DNA of 63,733 nt, counting the filler, from Pelomyxa schiedti (Eukaryota; Protista; Evosea): assembly GCA_020536535.1 (NCBI GenBank). It is 8 parts of 8 records of this genome, joined end to end, with 100 filler letters (N's around TTAATTAATTAA, not from the genome) between each part and the next. Parts side by side here need not be neighbours in the genome. Positions count along the whole stretch, not along the records: positions 35,728 to 42,611 come from JAHLWZ010001389.1; positions 42,712 to 47,833 come from JAHLWZ010001522.1; positions 47,934 to 50,507 come from JAHLWZ010001952.1; positions 50,608 to 56,804 come from JAHLWZ010001440.1; 4 more parts are not named here. The stretch is one strand, 5' to 3'. Numbering within the stretch: position 1 is the stretch's first letter; every line of letters starts with the position of its first letter. The notes under the pieces are model-generated. The model was not told where the DNA came from, did not search any database, and was given only the letters and a program-made list of their open reading frames with translations. Below are positions 38,830 through 52,209 of this stretch, piece after piece. Position numbers and translations under genes: made by a program.

Positions 38830-40410
38830 TGCAGCCAAAGATTTCATTTGAACTTGTGGGTTGGGTTTCAGGTTGTGTCTGTTATGATGAGTGGTGGCCG
38901 CTGCGGTGTTGTGGTTTCTGCTACTACAAGTGGTTGTGGTGGGTGTTGTGCCCGGTACTTGTTGGGAGATCTCCATTTTGTTGGTTGGGAATACTGGTAG
39001 TCGTATTTAATCCTATGTGATGTGAGTCCTTTAAGGTGGATGGATTGTATTGGAATCTTGGGGACGATAGTGGTTGTTTGGATTTTGGCCTGGGTTGGTA
39101 AACCCAGTGCCCCAGGGACTTCCACACGCGCTAGTTCCGACGGGAGCGTTGAGGTGTGGAAATTATAAAGCCCTACTACTATGGTTTTGGCCGCCGCGGT
39201 TTTGGCCGAGTCTGGGGAGTTGGGATTTGCATTGAGTGGGTTCAGTTTCAGCTCTTGCCGGAGTTCCGAGTTATGTTGACACCTGTTTAGGATGTGTTTT
39301 ACTGTCTCTGAGGTGTGAATCGCATCCATGCCGGCAAGTCGACGCCTACGTTACATACATGGGCCATGCGATTGTTAAGGGGTTTCATGTTGGTTGCCAC
39401 CGAGAGGAGTTGGTTCCGGATTAAGGGGGGGGGGGGGTCATTCCTGGGGTGTTGAGGTTTCTAACTAAGTTTTGTCAGTTGGTTACCGATGGTGTCGTAG
39501 TCATGGCGGTGTTGAGTTTGCGATGCAAAGACTGTGAGGAGTGTCTCGAAGAGGAGCGGAGAGAGGGGGCATCCTTGCCGGACCTTCTCCCCTCTTCCCA
39601 GTGGGAAGTGAATCCCTGAGGGTAGGTATGCTTCGGTGTTCTGCATTAGGTGTGTGTGATCACGTTGATCCATTTTTGGGGCATTCCTACATGCTCCAAA
39701 ATGTGAATAATGGGCGTTCCGATCAAGGTTGTCGTGGGCCTTGGAGAAATCGGTGAAGAGGGGTTGTGCCGGGACTTTATAGTGCTTAAGAACATAGTAG
39801 TTATTTGATACTCGTCGATTCCGGTGGTCCCTTTCTTCCACTTTGGGAAATGGAAAGAAAAAGGGAATCGTTGAAATGATCTGGGGCAGGGTGTTCTGAT
39901 AGCCAATAGAACATGGCTTCTTCACTTGAGGATAAAAGTGGAGCCCAAAATTCCTTTGTGGATTTCATCTTTCCTCTTCGAGTTGCAGGTGAGGTTGTTG
40001 GTAGTAGCGTCGGTCCAGCATTTGAGCATAAAGGGTACTTTTGGTTGGTATCTCAGGGAAGGGGGTATGTCTCTTCTTGGGGATCTTGCTTGATGTTCAG
40101 TTGGGTTTTAACTAGATCTGCCACTTCTTTGTTGCTTTCGATAATCCTCAGAGCTTCTGGTACTGAGGCCTTCTGTAGTTTAAGGAGTACCCAGAGGGTG
40201 TCCTGTTGTGTGTTGTTTTTGTTATTCATTGATCAATCTCTATTTTCCTCTTGCTGGGCAAATGGTTTGTGTAACCAACTTGACTTCACTCAGCCATTTT
40301 CATTTTTTTGGTTACAAGTTTCAAAAAACAGTGTGTAAAGACCAACTTTCCAACTGGGGATGGCTGATGCGGATGAGAGGTCTGTTTGTTGAAGATAGGC
40401 TCGTCGCCTA
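38830..40410 (-). mobile_element. Decayed non-LTR retrotransposon (L1/Tx1-like ORF2 remnant)
   Basis: Frameshifted RT motifs DFSKAHDNLDR and VRQGCPLSPLLF; YADD/FADD region missing; C-terminal zinc-finger remnant ETVKHILNRC. Confidence 0.8.
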
Positions 40411-40412
40411 AA

Positions 40413-41770
40413 TCACATAATTGCCGTCAGCATTGAGCTTCGTACAGAAAAGGAGGTCAAACTCAGAAAAGAAAGTTCCCATGAAAGTCCCTCATAATTC
40501 GCATATTCCTCAGTATAACACTCACGTCGGAGCCCTTTGGTTTTATTCAGCCACTTCCTTACATAAAACAGTGAGCTACTTGTCTGGTTTATGGCATCCA
40601 CGCACTCACCACCCAAAGTATCACATGTCAGTACTGTTTGACTTCCAGTTCTTTCCTCAATCTGAATAACGAGCTTCCCACTCACCTCCTTTGGATCAAT
40701 TGGGCCCAACAAAAGCACCAGGCAACGCTCACCGCTCTTCTTCGTGAGTGCCAACACTGATAGTACTTTGGTTGCATAGCTAGTTGTGATTGAAGTGACT
40801 TGAGTGAACGTCCCTGTTGACCATGTGCGGGCTATGTCCAAGAGCCTGAATTCTAGTACAGAAAGGCTGGAATTCTTGTATTTCTTGGTTTCTAGAACGA
40901 CAGCTTCATCGGGTACACACTTGTTAAACCAAAAGCACTGCTCGTACGTAGTTGCTCCGGGAAGAGAAGAAATAGCACGTGCAGTGACACCACCTTTGCT
41001 CTCTATTTCCTCTTGCTGCTTGTGACTCTGCCAAAGTGGTGCAACCAGAATTGCATCTTTGAGACCGTACTGCTCCATGAACAGCCACCTTCCATTTGTC
41101 CAGAAGTTGGCATGTCCGGCAGACCTCCATGACGTCACTCTCTTGCCAGTTGCAATTGAAACGAGGTCGAAGTTTTTATATGCGCCGTCCGGGTCGTGGA
41201 GAGTTAGTACGTTGCCGTCGTTGACGCACACGACTTGGCAGTTTGGCCTGCAATCTCTCCAGCACAGGACGTTGCTAAGCAGTGAATCCATCAGCGGCAT
41301 GTAACGAAACGTCATGGCCGTGCCGCCCCTATGACCTCGGAGACAGAAAGCTTTGCTGGGGGGTCTTGATCCATCAGCCATTCCCACACCACCTTCACAC
41401 CCAGAACAAATTGCCTGCTCTGGCTCCGGCCGATGATGCTTTTGCCGGAACGAGAGGAAGAATGGGAACAAGAAGGAGGAACTAGAAGAGTGCAGTTGCA
41501 ACCACAACGAGGGTGAGCGGACATCAGCAGCGCAACGAATTGGTCGTGCATATTCAGCGGAGACCAGGAGGACATTCCAATAGGGAGCTCTGACGGCACC
41601 GCCGGCGATGAGATGGCAGAAAACGGCTGTGACATTTGCTCGTTTGGGTTGTGGTTGCTGTGGATGGTTCCTCGGCGTTGCGGCTTCGATGCGTTGGTTC
41701 GTGGCTTCTTTGCTTTAGGCGACTGGGGCGAGACGCGGTTCTCGACGGCATTGGCGTTCTGGGCCGACAT
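40413..41770 (-). pseudogene. HPRCG-family protein, apparently frameshifted near 41320-41350
   Basis: ORF 41312-41770 has DQFVALLMSAHPRCG...VWEWLM; overlapping ORF 40413-41507 has TNGRWL, PDEAVVL, FRLLDIARTWSTG, INQTSSSLF. Confidence 0.65.
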
Positions 41771-42230
41771 CGGCCATTACAACAAATCGATTAAAAGGAA
41801 ATCTACCCACAATCCTTGATCGAAAAAAATTCAAAATAATCGAAAAAAGATTTAAATCTGATCCCCTTGTACAAGCCATTGCCAATTCCCGTTCCACAAC
41901 TGACCCTGTAAAAATTTAGCTTACCCTCGGAGGGTGTCGGACCCACTCATTGTGCTTGGTATCATTTTTGCCTTGATTCCACTTTGGTGTATCAGTGTCT
42001 CCCCATTTTTTGAGAAGTATCATACGAGTTACCCCAAAGTATCAATTCACAACGCCATCCGATGGCGAGGGTAATATTTGGTTTCCGCTTTACAATGATA
42101 AAAACAAAGTAACTCCTGTGCGATGCATTATGGGATGCTTCCGCTTGGAATTGTACCTTAGGTGCACCTGGGCTTCTTTTCCCTTTCTTTTTTGCTCTTT
42201 CTGGTGTTTGGCGAGGCAAAAGGAGGGTTT

Positions 42231-42611
42231 CTATAAAGATTTTAGGCTTAGACTTCGAGGGCAGGTTCTGGGAGGCGTGGGTTGGCGGAGCAGCCAGGCA
42301 GCAGTCACAGCATCATAAATATCCACATATGATTCCCCTTGGAATGCAATGAGCCCATTTCCGCACTCCACAGCTGTATCACTCCCAATGTGGAAGACGT
42401 GGCATGGTTTGGCAAAATCCTCAGTTGAGAACAATTTGAGAGTCATTAGTTCTGTGCTGTTGCCGGCGCCGTTATTGGTGTCTTTGCTAGTGTTGATGCT
42501 GGTGTTATGCATCGGTGGGATTTCAAGGAAGTGGCACGAGTCTACCTTCTGGGGCCGGGATTCACAGGTCCTCAGGACTGTTACTGCCTTCCCTTCCCCT
42601 TTGGTAGTCAG
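42231..42611 (-). CDS. C-terminal fragment of a probable HPRCG-family protein (5' part beyond contig end)
   Basis: QKVDSCHFL...KPCHV...ECGNGLIAF..YVDIYDAVTAAWL resembles the C-terminus of 42712-44057. Confidence 0.5.
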   Translation of the reverse strand: MTTKGEGKAVTVLRTCESRPQKVDSCHFLEIPPMHNTSINTSKDTNNGAGNSTELMTLKLFSTEDFAKPCHVFHIGSDTAVECGNGLIAFQGESYVDIYDAVTAAWLLRQPTPPRTCPRSLSLKSL

Positions 42612-42711
42612 NNNNNNNNNNNNNNNNNNNNNNNNNNNNNNNNNNNNNNNNNNNNTTAATTAATTAANNNNNNNNNNNNNNNNNNNNNNNNNNNNNNNNN
42701 NNNNNNNNNNN

Positions 42712-44057
42712 ACTCCAACTTTGGCAACATTGAAAGACATGGACATGACTTGGGAGCCAGAAGCAGCGTCCATAACCTGGAGTCTGTTCCCTGTGGTGAC
42801 AATCAGTAACCCGCCACCACATAAAAAGCTGCACTGCTGTTCCTGGAATTCCATTCTCCTGAGTGGTTCATGGGTGTTGCCGACATCCCACACCTCCACC
42901 GAGGTATCTGCAGTGCGCTTTCCTCTGCCTTGGACAAGGAAACGAAGGCAGAAGAGAGAGGAATCCACTTGTGACACCTCACACTTGCCCCTGTGTATCA
43001 CCGTCCACCTTCCAGTCTGAATCTCCACATGCACCACAAGCTGATCTTTCAGAAATACCAGCGCCACATCGCCACCATCACCATCACCATCACCACTGCC
43101 ACCACTTCCTATCTCGTCGACGAGCCTGTAATTCCTATGCTGCTTCTGTTTCTTCAAATGAAATGCCCTCATTCCCAGTGACATTCCGGCTTCAAACCAC
43201 TTCCACCCCTCAGGAAGTGCCTCATTTGGAAACCGGATCACGCTCACAACAGCAAGGCTCCTGGATGTGAATGTCCTCCTGAGGTCCACCAGTGCAATGA
43301 GCAACGATTCATTTGGGTGGTCTTGGGCAAGCAACACAACCTCATCACTGAAGCGCCTGTAGTTGGCAACATGCACGAGATACCACGGCGGTGCCATCCT
43401 GGCCATGGTCTCGTGGGGCTCTGGTGCCTCCAAGTCAACCACCACTATCTCGCCACCCACCCGTGAACGGAGGATCATCCACCTGCCGTGCACAATGGGA
43501 AGAAGGTACCTGTCCCATTCAGCCCCCCTCAGTGCCAGCTTCCTGGGCCAGTCATGGTAGTTCCCTTCGCCGCAACTAGACTGCCTTGAGAGTACAAACA
43601 TGTCCCTGCTCGGGCTATCCCACGTCAGTACCATGTTCTCAGAAAGTACGCGATCGGCTGAGTCTCTGCCCTTGGGCGGCGCGAGGGGCGCGAGGGGCGC
43701 GAGCACGGGCGCCGAGGTGACGCCCAGGGTGGCCGGCGACACCCCGAACGCGAGCACGTGGTACGGCTTGTGGTGGCCCTCGAAGACGGCCACGCGGAAG
43801 CTCCGCTGGAAGAAGCACGCGTCGCGGACGGCGGCGGCGGCGCGGGGGTCGCGGAGCCACAGGAGCCGCGCCGGGCTGGCGGCGCCGCACCGCGGGTGTC
43901 CCGCGCAGGCGAAAGCGAGGAGCTGATCGCGGGCGTCCAAGACGATTGTGGGTTGCATCACCAGCCAACTTGTGCTGGCACAGTTGCGGGAACCATCCGT
44001 CGCGAACGACCCTTCGGGAAAACGGGACGCTGCGTGGCTCCACCTGAACGCCATCAA
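42712..44057 (-). CDS. HPRCG-family protein (3' end at contig edge)
   Basis: RDQLLAFACAGHPRCGAASPARLL; VHGRWM; SDEVVLL; IALVDLRRTFTS; VSQVDSSLFC; VEVWDVGNTHEPLRR; CGGGLL; VMDAASG. Confidence 0.8.
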
Positions 44058-44371
44058 AAGGGTCGGTGGTCAGGGTTGTTATTTCAAGTACTTGGCAAGT
44101 ATCGTTTGAAATTTCGTTGGTGAGCACCTTGATTTCCCCTAAATCAAGGTGAAAATAGCCCTTGTGTGGCGCTCACCTGTGAGTCGTTGTTTCCCAAATA
44201 AAGGAGTCACAAAGCTCATTTTTTTGCGAAGGCACACTACTTGTTTATTGACCCAAGTACTTGTTTATCTGGGTTTTACTAAACAAGCACCGTCAAGTAA
44301 CTTGAATAACAACCCTGTCGGTGGTTGTTCTGTGAAAACGCGTTTCATCCACACCGCGAAGACAACCGGAG

Positions 44372-47300
44372 ATGGCGACGACGCATTCCGTCGTGAACGT
44401 GAAAGACCACAGTGAATCAGGGACCGGGCTGTATACGGGCCGCCTTGTCGACAACAAACGGGACGGCCACGGTGTGTGCTGGTGGCCGACGACAGGGGAG
44501 CGGTACGACGGCGAGTGGCGCGACGGAGCCCGGCACGGCCGGGGCACCCACAAGCGGTCCAACGACCGCGACGTGAGCGAGTGCGAGTGGCACCAGGGGA
44601 AGAAGGACGGGTGGGGCCAGTGGCGCGGCCCAGACGGCGAGGCCTTCGAGGGGCTGTACCGCGGCAACCGCTGGGCCCGCGGCCGCTGCCTCAGCCCCGA
44701 CGGCACCCTCAGGGACGGCGACTGGGCCCAGGTGCAGACCGGCGCCAGCAGTTGCTGCTACCAGATGCAGGGGTGGGGTGTCCAGAGGAGGAAGATCCAA
44801 GGATTAATCGGCCCACGAGGCGAATCCGACCCCACTGCCGCGACGAGGACGATGGAGACTGTGTATGAGGGCGAGTGGGACAGGCACCTGTGGAATGGCA
44901 GGGGCACGTGGAGGTCCCCTGGAAACTTCGCGGGAAACATCTATGATGGAGAGTTCGACCACGGCGTGAAGAGCGGTTATGGGAGGATGGTGTTTGGCCA
45001 GAGCAGGGAGGGAGGTGGCATGTACGTTGGGGAGTGGAAGGACGACGTGTTCCACGGGAGGGGCGTCAGGATTTGGGATGATGGGACGAGATACGACGGA
45101 GATTGGGAGCGCGGGAAGGAGCACGGTGGGGGCACGAAAACTTTCGCGCGAGACGGAACCACGCTCGACGGTGATTGGGACATGGGGGCGTTCAAGTGCG
45201 GAGCGAAGAGGTGGCCAAACGGCGATGAGTTCATGGGTAACTTCAAGGAGGACGGCTCTGTGGAGGGATCGGCGCAGTTCAAAAACTGCGAGGGCCGGGT
45301 GATAAACACCGGCGCGGGAACGCTGGAGAAGGGTGACATTTTCAAAGAGCGCGATGGGAGAACTTACTTCCTTGGGTGCGGGGGAAACAGCTTCGTGGTC
45401 ACCCACATGAATGTGTTGGCGAGTGAGAATGGCCAGCTAAAACATGGTCTGGAGCAGCTGTTGGAACAAAATCAAGCTTTAGACGCGAAAGTGAAGAGAT
45501 TGATGGAAGACCTGAGTATTGCGGAACATAAACTCGATGAACAGATAAAGCGTGTGTGCTCAACCATTCACCTCAAGATACAATCCTCACAACTCATTTC
45601 TTCTCTTCCGCAGTTTTGAGTGTTCAAAAATCCGAGTTCAACAAGCAAAAAGAATGTAAGAATCATCGATCGACTTCCAATCGCTAACAACAACAACAGG
45701 TTTCAGCCACGTTCTGCAACATATGCAACAAGGATTATGGGTAAGATCTATCTTGCCAGCTCAACGACAAGAAACCGGGAATGAGTGCACAATGAAGGAG
45801 GTTTCCGTCACATTGGAAAGGCACAACATCACGTTCCGTGAAGCATTTTGCTGTTTGTGCCCATTCGACAAGGTAAACCAAACAATTGTTATAGTAAAAC
45901 AAAAGCTGAACTTCGAAAAAGGTTGTGAAGATGGAAATTGAAAAGAGGTTTGGAATTGATGAAAACCACCAACTTGTCTCTATTGTGTCCGGAGCTAATA
46001 ACTTCGATCGCGAAGAAGTGGTGTCAGGGACATCGTTGACATTGTTTCACTTGTTGCCAGGTTTTTCCCATCCCCGGTTCTTCCTCGCTCTCCCAACCTC
46101 GCACCAAACCCCAATCCAAAACGACATTTTCTTCCGCAGCAAGTGAAGACCACCACCTTCAGCTGCAGGTGAAGGTGAGGATTACACCGGTGTTGGACAT
46201 CCAAGAAGCAGACCTGATTCTTTCGTGTCCGTTGGGGAGTGGATCGTATGGGACGGTGTTCAAAGGAAAACACGTTCCAACATCGAGGGATGTTGCAGTG
46301 AAGACGCTTCATGACGCCATCACCGAAACATACAGTGTTGACCATTTCCGGCTTGAAGCGGAGGTTTGTTGTCACTACATGCCAAAACACAAACCCAAAA
46401 ATTAAACTCTAACACATAGATCGTGAGTGGGTTGAGGCACCCCAACATTGTAAAATGCATTGGCACGTGCACTGGGGCAGACGGGAAACTAATGATCGTG
46501 TCTGAACTCATGTGTTGCAGTCTCAAGCAGCTCCTTCAGCAGGTTTTTTTTCCATCCGCACCTCCCCCAATATAATATAATTTCAATTATAAAAACCAAA
46601 AACAAAAACCCAGAAACATCTGAAGTTTGTGGAAGTTGCGGCAATTGCACTTGGGATTGCCAAGGGAATGGATGCCCTCCACAGGTGTTCCAACAACTTC
46701 CTTCCAATATTTAATTTTTACTTTTTAATTATTTTAAAACAAAAAAAAAACTACCACAAACTTCCTGGTGGACAACAGGCAAAATTACATGCACAGAGAC
46801 CTGAGTGGTAACAACATCCTTTTGGATTCAAAGGGAACCCCAAAAATATGTGATTTCGGTGTGTAGTGTTTCTTTTTACCCTGGACTGCGGCAGTAAACC
46901 ACACAACAAACATAATAAATAACACAACAAACAAACAAAAAGGTGTGTCACGTGTAATGAATTCTCGAACCATGCAAGCATCAATAATGCAAAGCAAAGT
47001 GCCCGGGACACCAGGGTACATGTCACCTCAGATGTTCACCGGCAATTACACTTTGAAAGGTTTCGATTCTTCTTTCATTTATTCGCCCTCTCAAATAAAA
47101 TGCCAAGGGGATGTGTGGAGTTTTGGGATTCTGACCACCGAAATGATCCATGGTGCGTTTGTGGACTGTACTTTACACACGACTCTTGCACAGCAAATAG
47201 CATTCCTGAATGAACAGAAAAGGTTGTTTTCACCACCAGAAGTTGAAGGTTTGAGTTTCCGACAATTAAACTATTTGCCAATCAACCAAAATATCAATTA

Positions 47301-47833
47301 ATCACACATATTACAGAAGTGGACAATCTTTCCCGGGAAGCCACTGAATCCACGGTTGTGTGCTGCCTGAGCAGGAGGAAAGAATCCCTCCGCACTGTGG
47401 AAACCCTCCTTCGCTCTCCTGATTCTCCCTTGTTCGTCATGTCCGGACCTAATAATTCCGCTACTACCGTTGGAATTGGGGACCTTGGTACAGCAGCGGA
47501 ACTACTGCTCCTCGTTGTTCAGTCATGCCTCTCAATTTGCGGTATGTATTTTATGTTTTAGTTCATCATTAACCATCTCACAGAGAGGAACCGGGTTCCA
47601 TTCACAGTGATCGCACAGGTACTCCACTGTTGCTGCGCATCTGCAGCAATCACCACCATCACACTCTCCGCCTCATCATCATCACCCTCGGGAGGTACCA
47701 CTCCTGCGACTGTGATTACACAGGACCAAGTGAATGAAAGTATCACACAGTGGCTGTCATCACTCGCTCCTGCAATATCATCCGCTTCCACTTGTGGTTC
47801 TCCCTCACAACGACACCAACCAATACCACAACA
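44372..47833 (+). CDS. MORN-repeat / coiled-coil / TKL-type protein kinase, multi-exon, 3' partial
   Basis: Repeated YxGEWxxxxxHGxG; LGSGSYGTVF, VAVK, HPNIV, HRDLSGNNILL, KICDFG, GTPGYMSPQ, DVWSFG. Confidence 0.9.
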
Positions 47834-48227
47834 NNNNNNNNNNNNNNNNNNNNNNNNNNNNNNNNNNNNNNNNNNNNTTAATTAATTAANNNNNNNNNNN
47901 NNNNNNNNNNNNNNNNNNNNNNNNNNNNNNNNNAGCCACACTACTTCTTTGGTTGCCTGTGTGCAGTACCACCCCACAAGTATGTTCAGCTCTTCTGTTT
48001 ATATCTTGTTCTAACTTCTACAGGTGTCCCTGTTGTTATTATTTCCACTGGTCTTTAAGACAAGTTGATAGGAACCCAAACAATATGTACTGGTACGCTC
48101 ACCCTGTATGGCTTCATTCTCACTAGCACCTAGGAACAACCACGACAGCTGAGGACGGGAACAATTAGTGAGAAGCGGCCCTGGGGTTGCTCATTTGCCA
48201 GCACACATCCACAACCCCAAGCAGTCT

Positions 48228-48488
48228 CACGGCACGGCACGGCACGGCACGGCACGGCACTGCACCGCACCGCACGGCACCACACCGCACGGCACCGCAC
48301 CACACGGCACCGCACGGCACGGCACAGCACGGCACAGCACGGCACGGCACGGCACGGCACCGCAGCGCACGGCACCGCACCGCACGGCACCGCACCGCAC
48401 GGCACGGCACCGCACCGCACCGCACCGCACCGCACCGCACCGCACCGCACCGCACCGCACGGCATGGCACCGCACCGCACGGCACCAC
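48228..48488. repeat. Pentanucleotide microsatellite (GCACG/GCACC)n
   Basis: Read directly. Confidence 0.95.
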
Positions 48489-48699
48489 AATTCACTTTTG
48501 TTCCCAATGACTACTTTTCTCAACTGTCTGTTGCGAACCAGCAGCCTCCTCACACACAACTTCAAACCACAACCACCCAGTGCAGACTTGCACCTCCACC
48601 AGGTTGTGTTCCAGGCTGCCCTTAAAACAGTCAGACAGATCGATCTATCAAAACAATCAAATTGTGTGAAAAGAGTTTCATCAAACATCCACCATCCCA

Positions 48700-49175
48700 A
48701 AACATCCACCATCGGTCGAGACCACAAAGCTCATGGAGGGGGAAATCCAATAAAAATGTCAACAACAGCAGCCTTTCTTTTGGCGTGGTTAGTGTTGGTG
48801 AGTTTTGTGTGTACTCTTCATAATTAATTTGTAAACAGACCAAGTCTGATGCCTCACACAAACAAGTTTATACATGTTGCAACTGGAGAGAGATATAAGT
48901 TACCTCTAGCTTTTTTTGAGGGCACTCTAACAGAAGATGGGTTTTACATTTGGATCTCTTTATTTCTGTTGCCAGCAATTCAAGGACAACACCAGGTTAT
49001 TATCATGGACAATTGCAGCTCCCACCTATCCACTCGTGTTCATTCTTTAATTGTCTTAGCTGGACATACCCTTTTACAACACCCAGTAGGCTCCCCAGAC
49101 TTTGCACCAATTGAGGGTATAGTATTTTCCCAGGTTAAGGAAACACTTCGCAAATGGTGGTTCCCTCTCTTATAA
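48700..49175 (+). mobile_element. Tc1/mariner-IS630 DDE transposase fragment
   Basis: VIIMDNCSSH...HPVGSPDFAPIEGIVFSQVKETLR matches DNxxxH...PxYSPDLNPIExxWxxxK. Confidence 0.8.
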
Positions 49176-52100
49176 TTTCAATCTTTAGTTTTGTCAAAGG
49201 GGAGAAGCTCCCCCTCCCCCAGCTACACACCCCCCCCCACTCCCTTGGAATTTGAGCAAAGCTGTAGAAAAATCTGCCTGAATGATAACACCAAACCTGG
49301 TTTGTTTTATTTCATTTTGATTCTTTTTTTGACTTGTGCACAAGGTTGCTAGATTTTTTGTTCTCTGTCATTACTATATACCTTCTGAAGTTGAATACAT
49401 TCCTACTTTGTAGTACCTTCCACAAAACCCACAACTAAGCTCCTGCCAACCTAGTCAGGCTTTTGCCAATGAATCAGGTTTACAGAACCCAGGAAATAAC
49501 ACCCAAAAAGCACCAAATTACAGTCAAATTGCCACTCTGTGGTTGATATTGTGTAAAAATCCTTGCTATTTTTGTTCAGTTGAGTGTCATTTTTTTGTGG
49601 AAAACCTTGGTGTTCAAAACAAACAGTTGTGTTATGTGGCACTTGTTTTAATGTATGGGCCTTAAAACAAGTGTTTCCAGCAACACAAGGACAGAAGGAT
49701 TTTTGGAAAAGAATCAACCTTGTGATGCAGCTGGAATCCAGAACTTCACAAGTAGGTATGTATGATTCTCATGGCTCTTTACTCTATGTACTTCAGCTAT
49801 ACCTCCATCAAAAAGTACAACCACATCATGCTTGGCAAAGGAACACAGATCTTCATGTGATTGCACTTGGTGGATATTTTGAGAAATGCTGAGGCATTGG
49901 GAGTCAATGGTGGTACCACCATTGAAAGGGTCACCCTTTCATTTGCCGGAATAAAGCCTACACCCCACTAAATGATAGTAAGGAAAAAGTAACTCATTAC
50001 ACAGAACAATGACTCCATGTGTTATTAACTTAGGTTTAGGATTGTAATAATAATGAAGAGGCAGAACAGTATAAAGCAGAAATACACACTATTGAAGAGC
50101 CTGAACCAAATGCAGGGAACACAGTTGGAAGGTGTAGAGAGTAATGAGTTCCACCAAGTGCAAGCAGCTTGTGAAGGAGGAAGTGCTTTGGATCCAATTT
50201 CAGTGGACTTGAAAACCGAAAAATCAGCAGGCACAGTGTTGGGCACCCCTGTTGGAATTCCCTGAGGAAACAAATCAGTGCCGTACCATTGTTCAACCAT
50301 GGGCTCACACAAATGGGACTCAATGACACGGGAGGTAATCCACTCAACAACAGTCTTCTGCTTGTCAGATTCACAGGAGTAACTGCAGCAGCGATAGTCA
50401 GTGGCATCTCTATTGGTGTGTCAGTTTATAGGGTAGTGATTATAATGTAGTAAAAGACCTAGCCCCAGTGATAAATAAATGTAAGTTACTAAGGCGCTCA
50501 TGCCCAANNNNNNNNNNNNNNNNNNNNNNNNNNNNNNNNNNNNNNNNNNNNTTAATTAATTAANNNNNNNNNNNNNNNNNNNNNNNNNNNNNNNNNNNNN
50601 NNNNNNNTTGGCGAGCCTGAGAGCTGCCTCTGCGTCTACGTCGTGGTGATGCGAATGATGGTGTTTGTGTGTGCTGCTCGTACTGCCGCGGTGCGACGAA
50701 ACGGTACTTGCCATTCGGTGAAACAAAGTTTCGGTAATCAAAAAAAAACCCGGTTTCCAGCTGACAGGAGACTGTGCCCAAAAAATAACCCCGCCGGCAC
50801 CGAATTATGGGCGGTAGCTTCTCTGGAAAGGTAACGGAATTCGACTGGCAAGTCGTGTAGAAAATCAGTTAGAGGAAGTTACGAGAAATGCCAAAAAGTG
50901 CCACTCAACAGGTTTGATTGTTTGTGTTACTGTCTAACAAGGAGGAAAGAACAATCAACTTCTTTTTACTTCCTTGTCTGGTGTTTTGGTGCTGAGGTGT
51001 GCCTTCTTTGTTGTTGTTGTTGGGCATTTAACAGCCAGCCATCCACCAGAATTAAGGACCAACCCCACTGCCACTGCTTACAGAACACACAAACAGAAGA
51101 AGAATGTGGTGTGGCTGGGGATGTTGGAATGAGGGACTGTAATCTTTTTGTGAGTTAGGCTATCTTGAAACTGGAACTGTAACGCTGTGTTACGCTTTAT
51201 GGTGATTTCCGCCGTATTCCGCGTCTGTGACCTATAGTTACATTGAATTTTCTCGGCTCTGCATGCTCGGATCGGAATGGGATTCACACGTTTTGAACAA
51301 CTCTAGTAGTTTCAATTTCATTTATGCCGCCATCTTTTTGAGTTTGTAAGAGAGCACTTGGCATTCGACGAGAAAAGAAGGTGAAAGCAAGAAAACAAAC
51401 CAAAAGTACAGTAGTTGCAAGTCTCAAAATTCTGCGTCGTGAGAGAGAGTATGTAAGGAAAAAAATGTATATTCCTGCAAAAAAACAAAATATACCTTGA
51501 AGAACACCAAGGTGCAGTAAATGCTCAAAAACTACTACGGTAGTTGCAGTTGCAAGTCTCAAAAATTTCTGCGTCGTAGTTCAGGAAAAAATGTAAAAAA
51601 AGCAAGAAAAAAAATACCTTGAACCGTCAGTACTGCAGTTTTGCAAGTCGTTCGTGTTGGGTTTTTTTTTTTTTTTTTTTTTTGAATTTAACCAAGAACA
51701 GAAATACCAACCACAAGGCGGCGGACCCATATGGGGAGGCAAGTGAAGCCCCAGGCTCCAGGCCCGACCATTCCGAATGGCGGTGCGGTTTCTGTGATGG
51801 CCGTATAAAAGTGAGATTAACAATACGGGGATCGACGAGGTTCCCCGCCTGCGACGGGTCCGACAGGTGCCTTGACAACGTCAAGAAGGCCCTTTTGTCG
51901 TGTGCCCAGGCGTTTTTTGTTCTCAAAAAATGGTTTGTTATTGTTGTTGGCTCCCTCATTATCGATTTGTTTTGATGACAAATCGCTACTCCCAGATCCA
52001 ATTTTTTTTCTTCCGTCCGAATCTTCAAGATCCATTTAAGTTTCTTACATGGAAGCCCAACTGGAATAACATCCAATTCTATCAGAGCTGAAAACCCTGG

Positions 52101-52209
52101 TGCCTGCTAATGACAGAGTTGTCGCTCTGATAGAATTAAATGGCTAGGAGATTGATCGGGCTTCCACGAAACTCAAGAAGTTCGATTGAGTTTTGTCATC
52201 AACAGCCGA

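Noticed and set aside
48130-48827. ORFs with HRTAP/CGAVR repeats
   Set aside because: Translations of the pentanucleotide microsatellite, which is open in all frames
49450-50500. Possible Cys-rich transposon accessory ORFs
   Set aside because: Fragmentary and CpG-poor, with no motif I can assign
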